Source: Catajapyx aquilonaris (Eukaryota). Taken from it: a stretch of DNA of 36,370 bases. The position numbers and the translations under genes are program-made. Below are positions 31,611 to 36,370 of the stretch, piece after piece (positions within the stretch are counted from its first letter, which is position 1; the number at the start of each line of letters is the position of its first letter). The notes beneath the pieces were generated by a model. The model saw only the letters and a list, made by a program, of their open reading frames with translations, had not been told where the DNA came from and made no database searches. The stretch lies in the NCBI GenBank assembly GCA_000934665.2, contig KZ539594.1, forward strand, positions 1 to 36,370. The letters are read 5' to 3'.

Positions 31611-31750
31611 AAGGTAATTAAAGGTATTTGAAGGTAATAATAATAATTGAAGGTAATAATAATAATTGAAGGTAATAATATTTGAAGGTAATAATATTTG
31701 AAGGTAATAATATTTGAAGGTAATAATATTTGAAGGTAATATTTGAAGTT
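31600..31750 (+). repeat. GAAGGTAATAATATTT minisatellite
   Basis: About 9 copies of 13-19 bp variants. Confidence 0.9.
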
Positions 31751-32499
31751 ACTCCGGTTTATTTCAATGCTTGAAAGGAATGTTGCTTAACCTAATATTG
31801 GAAGGTAATAGTTTCGATATAATAGCTTTAATCAAACTGTTATTGCTATTTTGTTAACTATTTGCGTCGTGATTTATAATCGAGAGAAATGTGATGCGGA
31901 ATCACTTGAGGATCAAGTGTGCTTACGTAATCAGTGACCCAGAGGTCAAGTGATACTTCAATTTTTGTTTTGGCAAGTACGGAGTAAACATGTTTTCAAA
32001 AAAAAACATGTTCCAAAAGGAGCAATTACACATTCTCGAAAAGGTTGTAAAAATACCGAAGGGTAGGACCACCGGTTTTTTTTCGGACAGGAAGTCTGAC
32101 CTTTGCGGAGAAAGGACACCTTTTCGAGAATTTTTGGGGGTGTGGTTTTCTGATAAGATCGGACAGGAATGTGTCCAGTACAGTCTGGTTTTTAATGCTA
32201 AGCTCAATTTGAAGCATTTTTAAAGCTTTTCGAACAGTTGTGCATCATTAGGAATATTAACTGCTAATATTAATTCGAATGTGCGATGAACTACACAACC
32301 AACATGTAATTTTCAGCTCTAATTTATTTTTTAAAAATAAAGCATATTCTTTGACCTCGATATGTTAAGATTTTATTCAAAAATTCAGCTGTCAATTTTT
32401 GAGCACCATTTTTGAAAAATCCATAATATTCCACTGATCGTTACCATCGATTTGCTCATCTCGATTCTGTATACTGTAGGCTACACATAATTTTAACGT

Positions 32500-33055
32500 C
32501 ATTTTTCGAGCTCAATTTTCATGAGCTAAATTTCGGAACTCAATTTTTCGATCTCAAAGTTTTGAGCTCATTTCGAGCTTAACTTTAGAACTCAGCAATT
32601 GTCAGAGCTCAATTTTCTGTTGAACTGAGTATTTCATCTCAATTTTCAAACCTCAATATTTGAGCTCATTAATTTGAGCTTAATTTTCCTACTCTCACGT
32701 CAGAGCTCAATATTTGAGATACTTTTCTGAGATAGTTTTGAGCCAAATTTTCGAACTCAGTAGGCCTAATTGTCAGAGCTCAAATTTTGCTCTATAATTT
32801 TCTGAGTTTATTTTTCGAGCTCAATTTTCTGAACTCAGTATTTGAGCTCATTTCGAACTCAGCAAATATTTGTCAGAGCTCACTCTTCCGAACTAAATTT
32901 TCTACTGAACTCAGTATTCGAGCTCAATTTTCTATATTATGCTCAATGAGCTCATTTCGAGTTTAATAATTCTCGAACTCTCAGAGCTCAAATGTTGATC
33001 GAATTTTCTGATATTAATATTTTCGAGCTCAATTTTTCCAAACTCAATTTTTTGA
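32500..33055 (+). repeat. Degenerate GAGCTCAATTTT short-unit repeat (related block at 33945-34050)
   Basis: GAGCTCA/GAACTCA recurs every 12-30 bp. Confidence 0.8.
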
Positions 33056-33770
33056 GTTACATTCTGTCTCTAAACTGAACACATGTAGCATGCCCAAACG
33101 TCCTGAATCGTTACAACCCATCGTCCCTTTTTCTGAGCCAATCAATACCATCCAAGTTCGATCCAAGTCCACATTTTCCCATGCCTTACTTAGCGTCCCT
33201 CTTTTTAGGTATACAGTGCGTCGGACCCAACCCTCCTTCACACTCATCCGACTTTGAAAGCGTGAAGGGACACACTTTTCAGTGCCAGAAACACTATATA
33301 CCTGTGACCGTTGCCGCTGGGTACCCTTCACTAGCAACCTATAATTACAAGGAAGAATAAGAAAAAGGGGGGGGGGGGCTTCCTTTTACTGGACGTCCAC
33401 TTTTTTTTATAAGATTTCGGGACAGGCCCCCCTGGGTATATGAGGGCCTAAAAAGAGGTGGTGCCCAAAAAGCCTGGCCTAAATGTGGGCTGCCATAGGT
33501 TGAGGTATACACGTGCCCTTCAACGTTTTTTATCAGAAGATACCTGGTGGTACGACCAGAAGACGCCATTTTCATTTTTAAAAATAACGATTTAAAAATA
33601 AATATAAACAGCAATATTTAGTATGCAATATTTTAAAACAATAATGCATACAGTTCAAGGCGTCCACCCACAGGAAATGTAAAATATATTGTGACCCAAA
33701 AACATACGGTATTCAGCTTTAAAAACACAACTGCAAAACCGTTACGACCAATCCCGAACAACTGATCAGT

Positions 33771-33864
33771 GGGGCTTAACGTCGGCCTCTCCAGGAAATT
33801 TTTGCCACTATGGGGATCTTTAACGTGCACTCGCGCAATGTCACAAGCACACGGGACCGACGGT
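33771..33864 (-). mobile_element. 5'-truncated Meta-domain / Ruka-like SINE fragment
   Basis: Minus strand reads GGTCCCGTGTGC...GTGCACGTTAAAGATCCCCATAGTGGCAAAAATTTCCTGGAG...GACGTTAAGCCCC. This resembles the MetaSINE core and the tick Ruka SINE (GTGCACGTTAAAGAACCCCAGGTGGTCGAAATTTCCGGAG...GACGTTAAACCCC) as recalled. Confidence 0.65.
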
Positions 33865-34289
33865 ACAAAAGTACTGTACTGTATACAAATGTAAATAAAA
33901 GTTCCAGTATGTATTGTACTATATCGCTCAAAAACATACAGACGATTTTGAGCTCAAATTTTGATCTAATCTTCTGAGTTTTATTTTCGAGCTCAATATT
34001 CTGAACGCAGTATATTTGAGCTCATTTTGAGCATAATTTTCGAACTCAATAAGTAGTATAATAATTTTTATATTTTCAAGCAATTCGGAGAGAAATAGTA
34101 ATTCAATTAAATGTATAGGCCTACGTACAGTACATATCAAGACGTCTTATTATGTCCCAGCATGTAAATAGTTGCAAAAAATTAAAATTAATTGATGTTA
34201 ACTTAATTGTATTCGTGGAGTGTATCATGTAAATTAATTTTTACGTAATTTAATTTTAAAACGATATGATTGCCATCTTTAGGCGAGTG

Positions 34290-34585
34290 GGTTGACTTGG
34301 AGCTGAAAATTTTTTGAATAATTTTCATTCCAAAAATTTTCGAGTGTTTTTTCCACTCGATTTGAGTCAGTTTCACTCTTTAGCATATACTCGATTAGAC
34401 TCCCACTCTTTTTGAGTGGAAATCACTCAATCATTCGAGTGGAAAATTTTCGCTCATTTTCACTCGAGTAATATTCCACTCGATTTATTGAGTTAAAATA
34501 AATATTTCCGGAGTGAAATTCGCTCAAAAATAGCATTTTTGCGAAATTCTTTCATTTTGAGTGAAATTTTCACTCGAAAATCTTT
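34290..34585. repeat. Degenerate CACTCGA/GAGTG(G/A)AA repeat in both orientations
   Basis: Motif recurs more than 10 times. Confidence 0.6.
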
Positions 34586-35409
34586 CAGATAATAGTTTAA
34601 TGGCTTATTATTTTTCTATTTTCTATTTTTTGCACTGTAGGCCTACTTTCATTCTATGCAATCGCTTCTGGTCAAGCCGCTTTTTGACCCCCACCGAAAT
34701 GTCACAAACGTTACGCAAGCCCCACCAACTCCGTACAAAACCTAAACAAAAACACCGGAGAAAATTCTAGATCCGGATTACCCCCCTCCCCCTCCCCCTT
34801 CGAAACTTTAAATCCCCCTAGAGGTCGGCCCCTTTTTGGCCCCTGCAAGTGCACAGGGTCCATAAGCAAGAGGCTTAGGTCCGGATTCCTTTATATGTCC
34901 GGTCCGGCGTGTATAATCACCATCGGATCGAGCCTAACACTACCAGACATTCACACCCGGATCCTTTCTTGTATGTTGGGTAAGTTGATCCGGTATGGCG
35001 CCGACCAGGTCATGCGGGTCAAACCAAAAAGAGGGCAAACCCAGGCATTGCCTCTGGGAGTTGTCAGTCATGAAGGGCGCCCGATGTTGTGACATCGAGG
35101 CTTCCCTGGAGGAACATTCTGGGGGCAGACGGTCGCCAGCCAGACTTTTATCGCCCTTGGAATGTGGCTGGGTGGTCTTGTGGTGCCCTAAACACCTTCA
35201 GGGTACGCACCCTAGACGGCACCCACCAAATTTTTGGAGGGGGGTCAACTACTGTTAGATTCTGGTCTGAATATGGTTCGACCTCAACTTCCGGCCAAAC
35301 TTCCGATGAAATCACTCTTCTCATGACTTAATTTTTAAATATTATATATTAAGATAAAAGTGTAGATTAGTATAATACGACCTGAAAAATTAAATGGCAT
35401 AAATATAAT

Positions 35410-36125
35410 ATGCAGCAAAATTTCGCCAAATTTTGGTTAACAATTATTTTGTGAATATTTGGCAACAAACGATTTGTGAACTTATAGGTTGCAAAATTTT
35501 GACACCAAAATTTTGTTCACAAATATTTTGCGAACTTATGTAAACAAGTTGTGCCTTTTTGACAACAAATATATTTTGATGCCTTTTTTTATCAACAAAT
35601 ATTTTGCGCCATTTTGACATATTTTGTCAACTTCTATAAACAAATATATTGCGCCATTTTGACAACTGATATTTTGTCAACTTCTATAAACAAACATTTT
35701 GTACCATTTGGATATAAAATATTTTCGCTTAGTTCTGGCAATAGTTTGGGTAATTATTGTCAACAAATGTTTTTGTGCATTATTGTCAACAAATATTTTT
35801 GTGCATTTTTATCACCAAATAATTCGTGCCTTTTGGCAAGAAATATTTTGTGCCTTTTGGCAAGAAATATTTTAGCATTTTTATCAGCAACTATTTTGTG
35901 CCTTTCGGCAACTAATATTTTGTGATCTTATGTAAACAAATAGTGAATATTTGTCAACAATAAATATTTTACGCATTTTTATCCACAAAATATTTTGTGC
36001 CTTTCGGCAACTAATATTTCGTGAACTTGTCAACAAATATTTCGTGAACTTGTCAACAAATACTTCGTGAACTTATGTCAACCAATATTTTGTGAACTTA
36101 TGTCAACCAATATTTTGTGAACATT
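35410..36125 (+). repeat. Degenerate ~20-25 bp minisatellite (CAACAAATATTTTGTG..)
   Basis: About 25-30 diverged copies. This explains ORF 35614-35925. Confidence 0.85.
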
Positions 36126-36370
36126 CCGTGCCCCATGAACGCCTTGTAATATATTTACCCCTTTTATTATCGCCCTGTACACAATAGAAGCCAATCCCAT
36201 GAATACCGAAAAAGCGTCACCTTCCGGGCACCAAACTTTCAATTTGAAGGGGGTCTACCCCGGGTAATGAATTTGGAAGCGGAACCCCAACCCCTCCTCT
36301 TTCCCTCCGTATATATACCCCCCGGAACCCCAGGGCACAATCCGGAGTCCCTTAGGTCCTCCAAGCCCAG

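Noticed and set aside
33301..33575. Exon-like pieces on the minus strand (MASSGRTT AG|gtatct and a 37-nt AG..GT segment)
   Set aside because: The phases do not join into the Islet frame from that ATG, there is no homology, and the 30513 start is better supported.
34760..36370. GC-richer segments and short ORFs as a neighbouring gene or retroelement
   Set aside because: No recognisable domain in any listed ORF. BLASTx would be needed to exclude a diverged fragment.
17..36370. The remaining short six-frame ORFs
   Set aside because: They are antisense or alternative frames of Islet exons, products of repeats, or lack recognisable motifs.

Overview
AT-rich animal genomic DNA, with assembly gaps at 13565, 14759-14786 and 17468-17535. 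It is probably from an arthropod, and a Ruka-like SINE fragment hints at a chelicerate (inference). The window is dominated by one minus-strand, multi-exon LIM-homeobox gene of the Islet/tailup (ISL1/2) family. Five coding exons splice in frame with GT-AG sites: 30495-30513 (MTEQPQ), 18303-18492 (LIM1), 16603-16892 (LIM2 plus Asn-rich linker), 9039-9352 (homeodomain) and 5249-5455 (Lhx3-binding domain). These give 1020 nt, or 340 codons. The terminal exon was not found and probably lies left of the window. A promoter-like cluster of CCAAT, GC-box and ETS motifs sits at about 30.8-31.1 kb. The introns are filled with degenerate satellites, foldback MITEs and SINE relics (V-domain and Meta/Ruka-like). 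No new protein-coding system is visible. The most interesting signals are regulatory or splicing-related: a phased four-copy RFX X-box array in intron 1, seven nuclear-receptor half-sites around exon 1, two 4-codon uORFs, a candidate 42-nt symmetric micro-exon, and in-frame tandem splice donors on two exons.
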